DNA from: Ophelia neglecta | Lineage: Eukaryota | Reading direction: 5' to 3' | NCBI GenBank assembly: GCA_965285935.1 | Contig: OZ260665.1 | Location: forward strand, 65,658,001-65,722,000 | Length of the DNA: 64,000 nucleotides | Shown: piece by piece, positions 29,925 through 41,300 of the stretch | How the letters are laid out: each line of letters begins with the position of its first letter | Numbering within the stretch: the first letter of the stretch is position 1 | The notes under the pieces: model-generated | Seen by the model: only the letters and a program-made list of their open reading frames with translations | Told to the model about the DNA's origin: nothing | Database searches by the model: none | Made by a program: the position numbers and the translations under genes

Positions 29925-30125
29925 TAAGGAAATACGACCCCGGGGACGAAATACGCCCGTGTATTGGGATCGGCGGACGTTATTAAACCAGGATTTCGAG
30001 GACTGAACAGAAAGTCATCAATAATTTTATAAAACCAGGATTTCGAGACCGAATCCCAAATACACTAAAATTCTAGACCGCCGTGCTTAAAATACCAGGG
30101 TTTTAAGATTGGGTTAGGGTTAGCA
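29925..30125. mobile_element. Degenerate DNA-transposon/MITE remnant
   Basis: An imperfect inverted repeat GTGTATTGGGATCGG (29959-29973) / CCGAATCCCAAATACAC (30049-30065) encloses the direct repeat AAACCAGGATTTCGAG twice. GAAATACG (twice) and GGGTTAGGGTTAG also occur, as in the 63401 MITE. No TSD found. Confidence 0.4.
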
Positions 30126-30495
30126 AATGAAGTCCGTGGGGATCTTTCACTCAGGCACTCTAAAAACTTTTAAATGAAGTAGGTCTAATTACAGTAGCCA
30201 CCGATGTCGTGATAACTGCAGCAGCTGTCTTCAACATTCGAGGTTGATAAGATCACGTACGGTTGATTTATTGGATTCTAATTATTGATGACTTTCTGTT
30301 CAGTCCTCTGGTCTTTTTCATCAGGTTGAAAGTGATATATACTTTTTTTTTGTATTCTGTTTTGTTCGGCGAATTTGTGGATAATTTTGTCGACAAATGC
30401 CAGGATATTACTGTATAAAGAAAATGGTCATGAGTTTATATGATCTCCAATGTCCCCAGCCACATTATTACGTATATATAGGATATGTTAAGGGC

Positions 30496-30690
30496 GTTGC
30501 TGTTGTTGTTGTTGCTGTTATTGTTTGGGGTTTTACGTGGCTTTCAACACTTATCGGTCATATCGCCACTGTGCCTACTTGTGACAGTGGGCTCAATGCC
30601 CTCTTTAGAGTACCTGCCCTAGACACCAGACAGGGAACCCCACCCAGTCACATTATACTGACACCGGGTTGACCAGTCCTGATACTACCC
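30496..30690 (-). mobile_element. 5'-truncated SINE-like fragment with (CAA)n 3' tail
   Basis: A (GTT)n run at 30496-30526 is followed by GGGTTTTACGTGGCTTTCAACAC...CCCAGTCACATTATACTGACACCGGGTTGACCAGTCCT. I recognise this body from memory as a common marine-invertebrate SINE sequence; I have not checked it by search. No tRNA head is visible. Confidence 0.6.
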
Positions 30691-32110
30691 CCGAAATACC
30701 TTGCTATTTCTTAAGGTATACCTTGAACTTTCCCAGCCTAATAGAGTTGTACCTCTTACCTTACCTGTTAGGGATGGCTTACTGTTTGGTATAGTGCTTT
30801 CGCTGGACAATTTAAAATGAAGTGTTGCGCGATCTGACCAGAGACTGTCTCATGAACTACATATCTCCGATCTTACCCATATTCGCAAGTCACATAATCA
30901 AAAATAACAACGAGAATTGCTATGATTATAACTCAATATGGATTTTTTCTTTTCTTCGAGTTAGACAGTTGCTATGAACACAGGGCTGGCGCCCTCCAAC
31001 CACACGTTGAGACTCTAATAATGTAAGGGGGTCTGTCGTGGCAGTAAATTGATAAGGAAAGTAAAATAGATATCCTATATATTTAATATTGAATTCCAGG
31101 CATAATATTTGAGGGCCAAGCACATATATTCCTTAAGCACAACCTGCCATGTGCACAAATACGCAACACATAACATCTCCTGTATACAAGAAAAACAAAA
31201 CAAGACAAAAGGAAAACATACCTCTTTAGACGTAAGAGGTATTAAGTGAAGCGTACTGTAAGATACATTAGTTTCGTATAAATAAAACTCGCTGCAATGA
31301 TTTCTTCTTTTAAGAAGCAGTCTCTGTGTGGTAGTAAGGCGGCAAAGCTCAGTTTTTTTGCAGGAATTACAGAAAACCGGAGCCAAGCATGAAATGTGCA
31401 CAGCTGTAGCTTTCGGGATGGAAATATATTTTATATATACGACCAATCTAAATGCACATTGGCTGTCATTACAACGGAAGTCAAATAAAAAATAACGTCT
31501 TGCTGACTAATAGACCCTTTATAATTGTACTTTAAGAGGTTTGTTCGTTTTCAGCCACGGGCATGCTGATTAGTGTTTTAAGACGATAGTGAATAAATCA
31601 ATGAAAATAGGCACCAATGATCAAATATTGACCCAGTTTTGGTCGATTTTGTTTACTAAATGATATGTTATTAAAAGAATTTTTTACAAGAATATAATAA
31701 TGAAATACAAGAAAGGACCATGTTCAGATGTTCTTTATGATGTGCTTCGCGGAAGAGCAAACTGTGTTAGTGACTAGCTCTGACCGGGCCGCTTGACATT
31801 TGACATTCCGGTCGCCTCACAATTGAAAGAGGTGGCATCTTTTTTAAGATCTTAGTAAAAGACAAATTTCATATAAAGGGCCAATTCAAATTTCTCTGCG
31901 TTGCCATAAGTAATTGAATTCAAATGAATATATAAACCTTACCGATACAATCGCTCCAATGCCTAACATAACTTAGGAAAGTAGAGTTTTTATAAACTAC
32001 TGGCAAACTATTTATGTCATTTCATTAGTTGTCCAAGAAGTATAAAAGTTGAAGTAATTTCTCGAAATAGCAGCGTGTATTTCTCGTAGTTTCCCTGTCA
32101 CTCTCCAATA

Positions 32111-32163
32111 AGAGGGGGAGGGGAGGGAGAGAAGGGAGGGGAGAGGGAGAGAGAGCGAGAGAG
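32111..32163. repeat. GA-rich polypurine simple repeat
   Basis: agagggggaggggagggagagaagggaggggagagggagagagagcgagagag. Confidence 0.85.
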
Positions 32164-35100
32164 CTGTATATATAGTATCTTAAAACACAAAATTGCTATG
32201 AAAAGTATCAAATAACATTTGAGTTGTGTTTCCATAGTCACCACCAGGTATTGGGAAAGTCTACTCTTTTTGGAAATGTCTAATATTTAAACAGCCGAAC
32301 AAAGATAATTATACCCCCTTTGTACTATATTTGCCTATTTAAACAAGTGAAATAAATTGGAAACTCAGGGAAATACTTGACTTTTGGCGCCTATTTCCAT
32401 GGCAACCATGCTTTAATGGCCACTGTTTTAAACGACCTTATAAGATATTTAGAAATGGAGTATGTTATAAATTGCCAAACGTTTTATTTATCAATTCTTT
32501 GCCTCCAGGCAGTTTATTTAATTTGCGATTTTGTTGATTCCAATTATTACTTATTTGCTTTGATGACTTATTGTTTAATCGCGGTGTTTTCTGTGAAGTA
32601 GGAGTCCTAAGCTAATTTAAATTATCACCTTTCATACATTACGTGCTGGTCTGGTTTCGCCATGTGGTTTCATGCTCCACATATATTGCTTTAAGTTGCA
32701 TAATTGTAATAAATGTGCAGTTATGCTCAGAAATGAAATCTGCATCTAAATCTTCTTACGGCTGTTGATGATTTGGGTATCGTATATTCTGTGTGAAGTA
32801 ATTTGCGAATTACGGTGTTTTGCCTAATTTATACGATTCTAAGCGTTCTCTACCGTGGAATTTTTTATTTCTTCAGTCTATATACCCACAACCTTTTTAC
32901 AATCTTGAGTTTATATCTAGGCATTCTGATGTGAACTTTATGACATGTACTTCAGAAGTACTTTCAAGAATGTGACTTCGGTATTACATATTTCAATCTT
33001 CATTTAATTCTTTGAGTCAATCTATTCGTTCCGCAACTGGAATGTGATATTTGTGGTTTGATTAATACAAAATTTGGTAACAAAAACTGTTCTTCCCTCT
33101 CTGATTTCTCTGTTTTGTTGGTAGAGATTTATTGTCGTTTTTGGGTAGGGATGATTTAAACTGATATTCTTGCTTGATTTTTTATCAACTTGGTTCTTTG
33201 CCTCTGCAGAATCGAAATGCCGAAGATGAAAGACTTATTACTTTTCTTGGCATTTTTGCTGATTCAGGAGCTGATTGAGGCAGGAAGCGATTGGGCTCTG
33301 GGCTGATTTGTTTGTTACAGTGTGAATGGCTGCCCTTCAATGAATTAAACATGGAAGTTAAGGTAACACAGAAACACGAATAGATACCCAATAGCAAAAG
33401 TCAATTTCATACCCCGGGAAAATATGTCCTGCAGGTAAATATTTAACCGAATGCTAGAAACATTTCGTCGGTCTCTAAAACTACAATTTCTTAATTTTCC
33501 TCCGGTCCAGACTCCACGCATTCTGTTCATTCATAGAAAATACAGCGTTACCGCAAATATTATTCATTTCCATTGAATATATATTTTAAAATCACTGGTA
33601 CTCGCTTAAATTAATTTTCATGTTAAGCGAGCTTTGCTCAGCAACACCTCTCGCTAATGAACTTGGATCGAATTTAAGTTTCCTTTTTGTCTACTGACTG
33701 TGTATGGGTATCACTTTTTATCATTGTACCCTTTACAGCAGCACCTCAAAGCATATGAACTCTCCCAAATAAGAATTTTAGAATAAAACAGATATATGAT
33801 AGTTAAAAGAGCAAGTGATAGCCTGGGTCTATCTCAGTAGGATTTGTCACTTATCAGAACTGAGTGGAAAGCAACAAGACATCCCGAACAAAAGTAACTA
33901 CAATATATGGGTCAAAGGGCAACAGAGGAAAATGTATTCGATAGTCCTGACTGTGATTGTGTGTTTGGCCTATTTGTTCTAAAAATGTCAATTTATATAT
34001 GGCTGTAAAAAGGCATTAACGAGCGTCTCTTGTTGTGTAAAACTTGTTAAATGTATGATTTTATTTACAATTAAAACAGTCGATACAAACCTGTATTTGT
34101 AAGCCAATGATATGCTTTTAAAATATTTCAGTAAGTCTTCAGCAGAGGTCAACTTAAGACAATGGTGAAGGTTTTTTGATTACACATACTTATTCCATGA
34201 CACTCAGTGAAAACAGTAAAACAGTTTAATATGTGACCACAGTTGCATATTTGGCTAAGCTTTGGTCGGCATATGTCGTTGCCCGTCATTTTTTGTCTTT
34301 TGTTCAAATAATGAACCCGTTAAAGTGACTGACCGACTGAGTTTTTTCTCAGATGTAAGTTGCCTAATGATCATTGCTTCATGCCTTAAATATTTCTAGT
34401 CGTTAACAACGAGAAGCTCACAAATTGTAGCAGGCCCTCTTTGAAAATGATAAAATACCAAAACTACTATTCTACTTGTTCCTACAGGTGACGAATGAGA
34501 TATTGCAAGCCACAACTCTCTAATTTTCATATCATATTCTATATAGCTGGCCTTTGTCTGACGAGTATCCATTGCAGTTTCTATAAATATGTGGATATCA
34601 TTTGCAATCGGATAAGGCAATCCATTGTGAAGAAAGTTTGCTGATAGAACATAAACTTTCGAGTGTAATCGATTATATTCGTGTACACAATGCTGGAAAT
34701 CCATAGCCAGGATGATATCGACAGTGCTTTGTTTTGCACAATTCCCAGGACAACTTCAGGTTAAGCGCTTGTTTGGAATTACCATGTTCACCTTAAACGG
34801 CCACTCCCAGGGGAGGAAGGAAGGGCTATTTCCTTTACTAACTGGAAAATGGACAAGTGATCCGAGAGTCACCAGAGTAGATTCCCTCAAACATTGGAGA
34901 TGGCTTACTATCATGATTAATGTTGTGGTGACGTCTCGATTGACCCGCGCCCGTTTACTTTTCAGGGAAATGCTTTTCACTCAGACTAATCAAATACCCT
35001 TTATTTGTTTTTGCGGCCAAGCCTTTTAAAACTTTCGGGATATTGAGGCTAAATACCCGGGTCTGTATATTTGCATTTAAGCGTAGATCAAATCGGGTAT

Positions 35101-36129
35101 CAGCGGAAACGTTGTTCCTTAGGTATGTGTGCTAGGTGAACACTTTTATTAGTGTGTTAAGGGTTGGGATTCAAACCGAACTCTACCCCGTGTATTCATG
35201 TGCACCAGTTAGAAATTGCCTTTAGAACATATGTGGCCAAATTCGAAGGAGGAAAAATATTAACACATTTTCTTTTTGGCGTTGTTTTCGAAATATATAG
35301 TTTACAGTTTTAATGAAGGATTTTACATACGTGATAATAAATTGTAAGTCCAAACAGGTTACCCACATAAACAAATAGTCGGCAGACTTTGTAGAATTGT
35401 TTTGTAAATCTATTTGTAGGACAGTAAGCTATCGATACTGCCTTTCGCCTAAAACTGTACAATGGGCTTTTGACTAAGTTAGTTTCTTGCCACTTCCAAG
35501 AAAAGAATGCGTTTACATATATTAATATTTATCCGGTATGCTTGTTGTTATTTAATTTCAATTTGAAATGATGAAAAGGTTGCATGAGTTTTAGGAACGG
35601 ATTGTGATAGAAACGTACGTTCAAGTAGATAACTTTTCTTCTATGAGCAAAGGAGGCTCGGTTTGGACAGTGAGAACATGCTGGAAATGGCTTACAAGAC
35701 GCTTGAAAAATGTTGTGGAGTGGTGTCTGCGCAAATGAGCCATTGACATGCAGTCTATGACACCAAGACGGCTCGACAAGACTTTACTGGTCTCTTAGCT
35801 CCGGATAAGGCGACATTATTCAACAACTTGTCACAACAGTCAAGGTGTTTGCAATCGCTGACTGCAAAGGAGTCATTATGGTTGCCGAGGGGAATTTGAG
35901 AAAGAGAAACAAGACAAGATTCACAGCAAGAATTGTGACTGGGATATTAACGGTCCTAGCAAGTTTCCTCCAATGTCTCTGGGCGAGTGCTCTGTTTCAA
36001 AAACTGCAAAGATGGTTAGACTGGGCACCTCAGTTTACATGATCTGCATGTCTACAACGAGCGTTACACAATTCTCAAATAGACTATAAAGTAACCAAAC
36101 AATGGGCAATTGGAAAACTCCTTTGCGGC

Positions 36130-36340
36130 AATGAAATTAATATATACCATTTCTGAAAAGAGACGTTAACAAGACAAGTTAATATGCTGGTAAATACTGG
36201 GTAAATAGCGTTTTTCAATGTATCATGTAGACATCCGGTCGGAAACCAATTTGGTACTTTTGCCCCGGTTTCAAAAGTGTATCGTAGTAAATTCACATCT
36301 TTCATGTCAATCGACCTCGGTATATTTGATGACTGGATAG
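36130..36340 (-). mobile_element. Possible second, highly decayed LINE RT fragment
   Basis: DVNLLRYTFETGAKVPNWFPTGCLHDTLKNAIYPVFTSILTCLVNVSF loosely matches the pre-RT pattern EVxxxIxxL..KAxGPDxIP..LK....I...LTxLxNxS. No downstream RT motifs are recognisable. Confidence 0.3.
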
Positions 36341-38035
36341 CACTTACGTTTTGAACGACCGTAATTAGATCTGACAAATGATAGTATGAAATGGTCCTAA
36401 CTTGTTCAATTCGCCCCTTTTGCAGCTTGCTTTTCTGATACGGTACGAGTAAAGATATTATGCAACACGTTCTAAGTTGAAGGGAACAACGAAAAAGAAA
36501 CGTCTAAGCAGGAACAGTAGAGTTATGAATATTTTTATTTGGGAATTACACAGATACAATAACCAGAACGCCAAGAATCACCGAAGCAATAGTTACTTGA
36601 CCATCTTTGGTGCAATGTGTCACAATGGGCGTAAGAAAATAACATACAAATAAAATCAACAAGAAATCGAAACAAAATTGCTAGTAAACAGGACAATGGC
36701 AAGGCTGTAGGAGTATGCTTAATCCAATTATGCACCGGAATATACTTTAAGTGTTGTAGTCATGGGTTTGAAGCTACAACCCCGAGTTATCACCATCTTA
36801 CTCGACACTCTCGAAGATTAGTTAGAAAATTTAACAATTCAGGATTTTATTGTGTTGCTGTAAATCTGAATATAATTAGGCATATATGAAGTATAGGTAA
36901 AAGACACTGCAGGCCTTAGTTTCGCTGATAAAGTTATAATTGATCAGAATGAGATACATTTGGCTACAAAATTTGGTTTATATTAACAAATTCTACCACG
37001 GGGTCATTTTTATAAAGTGTGGGTCGTATAGCTCAAGAGACAGATATGAAATTATGAAAACGATATTTATAAAACTTCCCTTAAGGTCGTTCATTGTCAG
37101 TTAAATGACGATTATTATTTGATTTACGAAGTTGTCAAAACTCATCAATGAATACGATCACAGTACACCGTTGTTTTTGCTGGAATGATTAAGTTGTGTA
37201 TGAAAAGGGCTGGATATATAGCCTACCTAATTATGGCAATAGTTCTATAAATACAGTTAGTGTTGATCTCCTGAGTAAGAGAGTCCATTTCACTATGAGT
37301 TTCGTGAGAGCATTCCTCATAACAAGTTTGAAATTGTACCATCCTTACAAGCCCTCGGTACGCTCGACACATGCTAATGTGCTTATTTTTAAACTAATGA
37401 TTTAAAAGCTAAGCCAATGTGTGTTGCTGTAAATTACTTACGTGAATACAATACGTGTATTACAGTGAAACGTGTCTAATTTTGACAATTCAAATCACGT
37501 CTGTGCCGTCTGCTGTGGGACAAGTTGAAAAAATAATAAAACCTGCAATTTAGTTAAACAGAAACACAAAAAAGTAATGTTCCTAGCCTTAAGTACACAA
37601 TTAAGCTGAAGAATAAATATGATCTTAATTTTAATTTACTTGGCCTATTACTCTTCCATGAAAACTCACAAACAAAATAAAACACTAGTTAATGGTGTAT
37701 GTAGGCCTACATACAAAACAGGTAATTCGGCAGGGATAGAGAGTGTGGAACCTGTATTATGGGTATATTTGATTATAATGTTAACTGTCACGATGTATAT
37801 TCGACAACATATTGCATACATTAGGGTGGAGCCAGCTAGCACTGCGCATGGGCATAGAATTTAGTCCCCACGGGTGTTGTCATATAAGTCTACCCAGCGC
37901 CACTCATATCATATCCTCCTAGGCCTCCTCAACAAAAAAACGCATCAGAGCGATCGGAGAAAATTTTCCTTTTTTTCGTCGAGCAAAGCAGAAAGTGATT
38001 TAGGCTTCTTTTCTGAATTGGATCAGTTCGTCCCC

Positions 38036-38395
38036 ATGGATACATCTGATAAAAAAAGAATTCGTCGCGCCATTTTATGGTTAGGTATATGTTGTTTTAT
38101 CGAATCTTGTACCAGTGGAGCAATATGTCAAGGTCCTGTTTGCGAATTTCATTTTGAAATTCGTCGAACACGATCGATGACTTATTTCGAAGGCCGGGCT
38201 AGTTATAATGTGATTCTGGATGAGAGCCTCCTGCAGATTGCGCCTAATTCCTTACGTCTTGCTCATAAGACGCCCCTTGTTGGGAAGACGGTGTCGCCTG
38301 ATGACGTCATAACCCTCGACGGTGTACCAGCTAATATCATCGTCATCAACGAGCAGTTTCCGGGACCGACTATCGAAGTGATGGAGGGCACAGAG
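38036..38395 (+). CDS. Laccase coding exon 1 (signal peptide, Cys-containing N-terminus, start of cupredoxin domain 1; 120 aa)
   Basis: ATG at 38036 is in frame with ORF 37874..38407. The exon ends ...FPGPTIEVMEGTE with donor GAG|GTAGTT at 38396. The start codon is inferred from the signal-peptide-like segment. Confidence 0.85.
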
Positions 38396-41300
38396 GTAGT
38401 TATTTAGAATGCATTGTCTACTTTACATTGCTTTATTCGATGCAGAACTTAGTGGTGACATAATTTTATTGATTAAGTGGAAAACTGGAACTTAAAAATA
38501 ATGATCTTTGCAAATTATTCTTAGGTTGTCGTCCATGTAACGAATCTCTTAAAAAGCGAAGGGTTGACAATTCACTGGCATGGAATGTACCAGAAGGACA
38601 GCCCGTGGATGGACGGCACGGCGTACGTCAGCCAGTGTCTGGTACAACCCCACCAGACATTCACCTACAGATTCAAAGCTGATCCTGCTGGTACACACTG
38701 GTACCACTCCCACATCGCTGCCCAACGCATGGACGGACTCTTCGGTCTACTTTTAGTTCATAAGCGTCTTCCTAATGTGAGTGGTTGATGGTACATTTTT
38801 ATGACAAGCCATTTGTTTTAAAGCTCTCTGATGAAAACTCTTGTGGAAGATGATATTTGTATCATATTTCCGTCTTGCCCTACTTTGGGCCCAACAAATA
38901 GGTCCCTATTTATATTGAGAAAATTGGTTTGATTCTTCGGTCTACTTTTTTGTGCATGAGCGGCTTCCGAATGCGAGTTGTTGGCCTAGGCCTATGAGAA
39001 GTTCGTTAAAGCAATTTGCTTTAAACCCACTGTAATGAAAACTCCCGTGGAGTATTTTATTTGTATCAGATTTTTCTTCTTGCCCAATATTTGTGTGAAG
39101 CAAATATAGGTCCCTACATGTTCAGAAAATTGGCTAATTTGTTTATACATTTTGACCCTCAGTCAGCAAGCCAGTGCCGGAAGGCTTGAACCAGAACACG
39201 TGGCTATAAACACGTGACTATGGACTAAGACAAAGTGTCAAACGATAACTAACAAACTAAATATTTCACCGAATATCTCAAGTTGGACTAATCGAGTGTT
39301 ATCGACGCGCTCACTGTTGGTTTTACAACATATGAATGGCCAAAAGACAACGAGCTAAGTCTAAGTCCAGTTAGGATATAGCCAGCGCTCTAGGTTCTTA
39401 TGAGCTGAGCTATATAGGAGGACTGATAGTGTGGATAAAATGAAAGATAACTCCTATTTTTTGGCCATTCAGATGTAGTAAAAACTGAGATTGGGCGATG
39501 TTTTTTAAGGATCTGAATGTCCAAAAGATCACAAGAGATGTCTTTCAGACAATCCCAAATCGCCAGTCTTCCTAATGTACCCAGCTATTAGGAGTAGGCA
39601 TCTGATAGTGTGGACAAACACAAGTGGGTCGTCCGACAAACGTACATCGAATGTATATTGATTTAAAATGACAGCCACATTCCTTCTTCTATATAGGGTC
39701 AAATGCGTGACAGTCTCAATAGCCCAATTTGTAAGTTTTCACTCTAATTCGATTAATTGAAATTAATGTGTATTTCTGTAACATGAAGCTTTTATGAAAA
39801 CAACTCCTTTATATTCGGTCGGAGTGTATTATTGCTAATTGCCATATATAGATTTATTCCTTTACCCCATATCCCAACTCCCCGATGAACCATTTACAGT
39901 CCTGTTTGGCGCTTTCGCAAGCATTCTTCTTTGTGCATATCAAAGTGTATATCAACAATTACAATATAAAATATCTACATTTTGGCTGTGACGTTCCTGA
40001 TGGATTGAGCCGGCTGTCAAGTTGCAGCTGGCAATCAGCATATATCTGATAATTTAATTAAAAAGCCTTTCGTATACATGGCCCGCCTTACGGCCGCCTA
40101 TATTTACGGCTACCCAAGTCTGGTCCGGTTATTCGGCAAGATCAGACGCTATAATATCCGATTGTAATATATTTATTGTCCGAATGAGTTTAAATTTTTT
40201 GAACAATTGGTACAATAATTGTTGTCAAGAATTGGCTATACATAAAATAAACATGACAAATACACGGGACGTCAAGTCACCTCAAACAGATCGCCTTTAT
40301 TTACGGCTACCTAAGTCTGGTCCGGTTATTCGGCAAGATCAGACGCTATAATATCCGATTGTAATATATTTATTGTCCGAATGAGTTTAAATTTTTTGAA
40401 CAATTGGTACAATAATTGTTGTCAAGAATTGGCTATACATGAAATAAACATGATAAATACACGGGACGTCAAGTCACCTCAAACAGATAATAATCTTTCT
40501 TTGATAGCAAATGGTTCATGTAATTGCAATGCGACCCAAGCTAAGTTCCCACGCCACCCGCAACCCCCCCCCCCCCCCCCACCCCCAACCTGCTGAAAGC
40601 AGCTTGCCCATAAAGTTATAAATGCACGTGAACAAAATAGTGAATCGTGAGAAACAAAACTGTTTGGAACAGAACAATATATTTAGTAAGATTGACAATC
40701 CACAAAAAATAATCCCTGCATCTGTTCGAGAGATTTCGCGCGACATACAAACCTTACCTAATGAATCGTGGCCATCTTGTTTTTCCGATCGGTCCGAAAA
40801 TAAATATGAACAAAATAAACCTAAGGTGAATTTCAAGGACACCACTGGATTCCTTGTGTATGATTTCCTATTAGTGTTTAAAACATTTTATATGCCTATC
40901 TCTCACCTTTAAGATTTGACCTTGAAAAAAAATCCAAGGTGAATTTTAACGATACCGCTAGATTCCTTTTTATATGATTTCAATACATATTATGTGCCTA
41001 CCTCACACCGTTTAGCTTCCAAAAGATCCATTGTTAATGCATTTCTAAATTATTGCCCTCGGCGGCCATCTTGTTTTTCTGATCTCGCCCAAAACCTTTT
41101 CAGCGCACCGCAATGTCCCATTGATGACTTCCATGAAGTTTCGGAATAATCCCTGCATCCGTTTGCGAGATTTCGCGCGACATACAAACTTTACCTGATG
41201 AATCGTGGCGGCCATCTTGTTTTTCTGATCGGTCCGAATACAATATGAACAAAAATAAACTCAAGGTGAAATTCAACGTTACCACTGGATTCCTTGTATA

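Noticed and set aside
30110-30123. TTAGGG motifs as a telomere or chromosome-fusion relic (also 63488-63501)
   Set aside because: Only about 2 units each, embedded in MITE-like sequence.
34756-34980. GPCR TM6-like peptide KRARVNRDVTTTLIMIVS
   Set aside because: No CWxP or NPxxY motif and no other TM segments in frame; indistinguishable from chance.
37874-38035. Upstream extension of the laccase ORF from the GTG at 37874
   Set aside because: The start is non-ATG, and ATG 38036 directly precedes a signal-peptide-like segment. The extension is probably 5' UTR or promoter.
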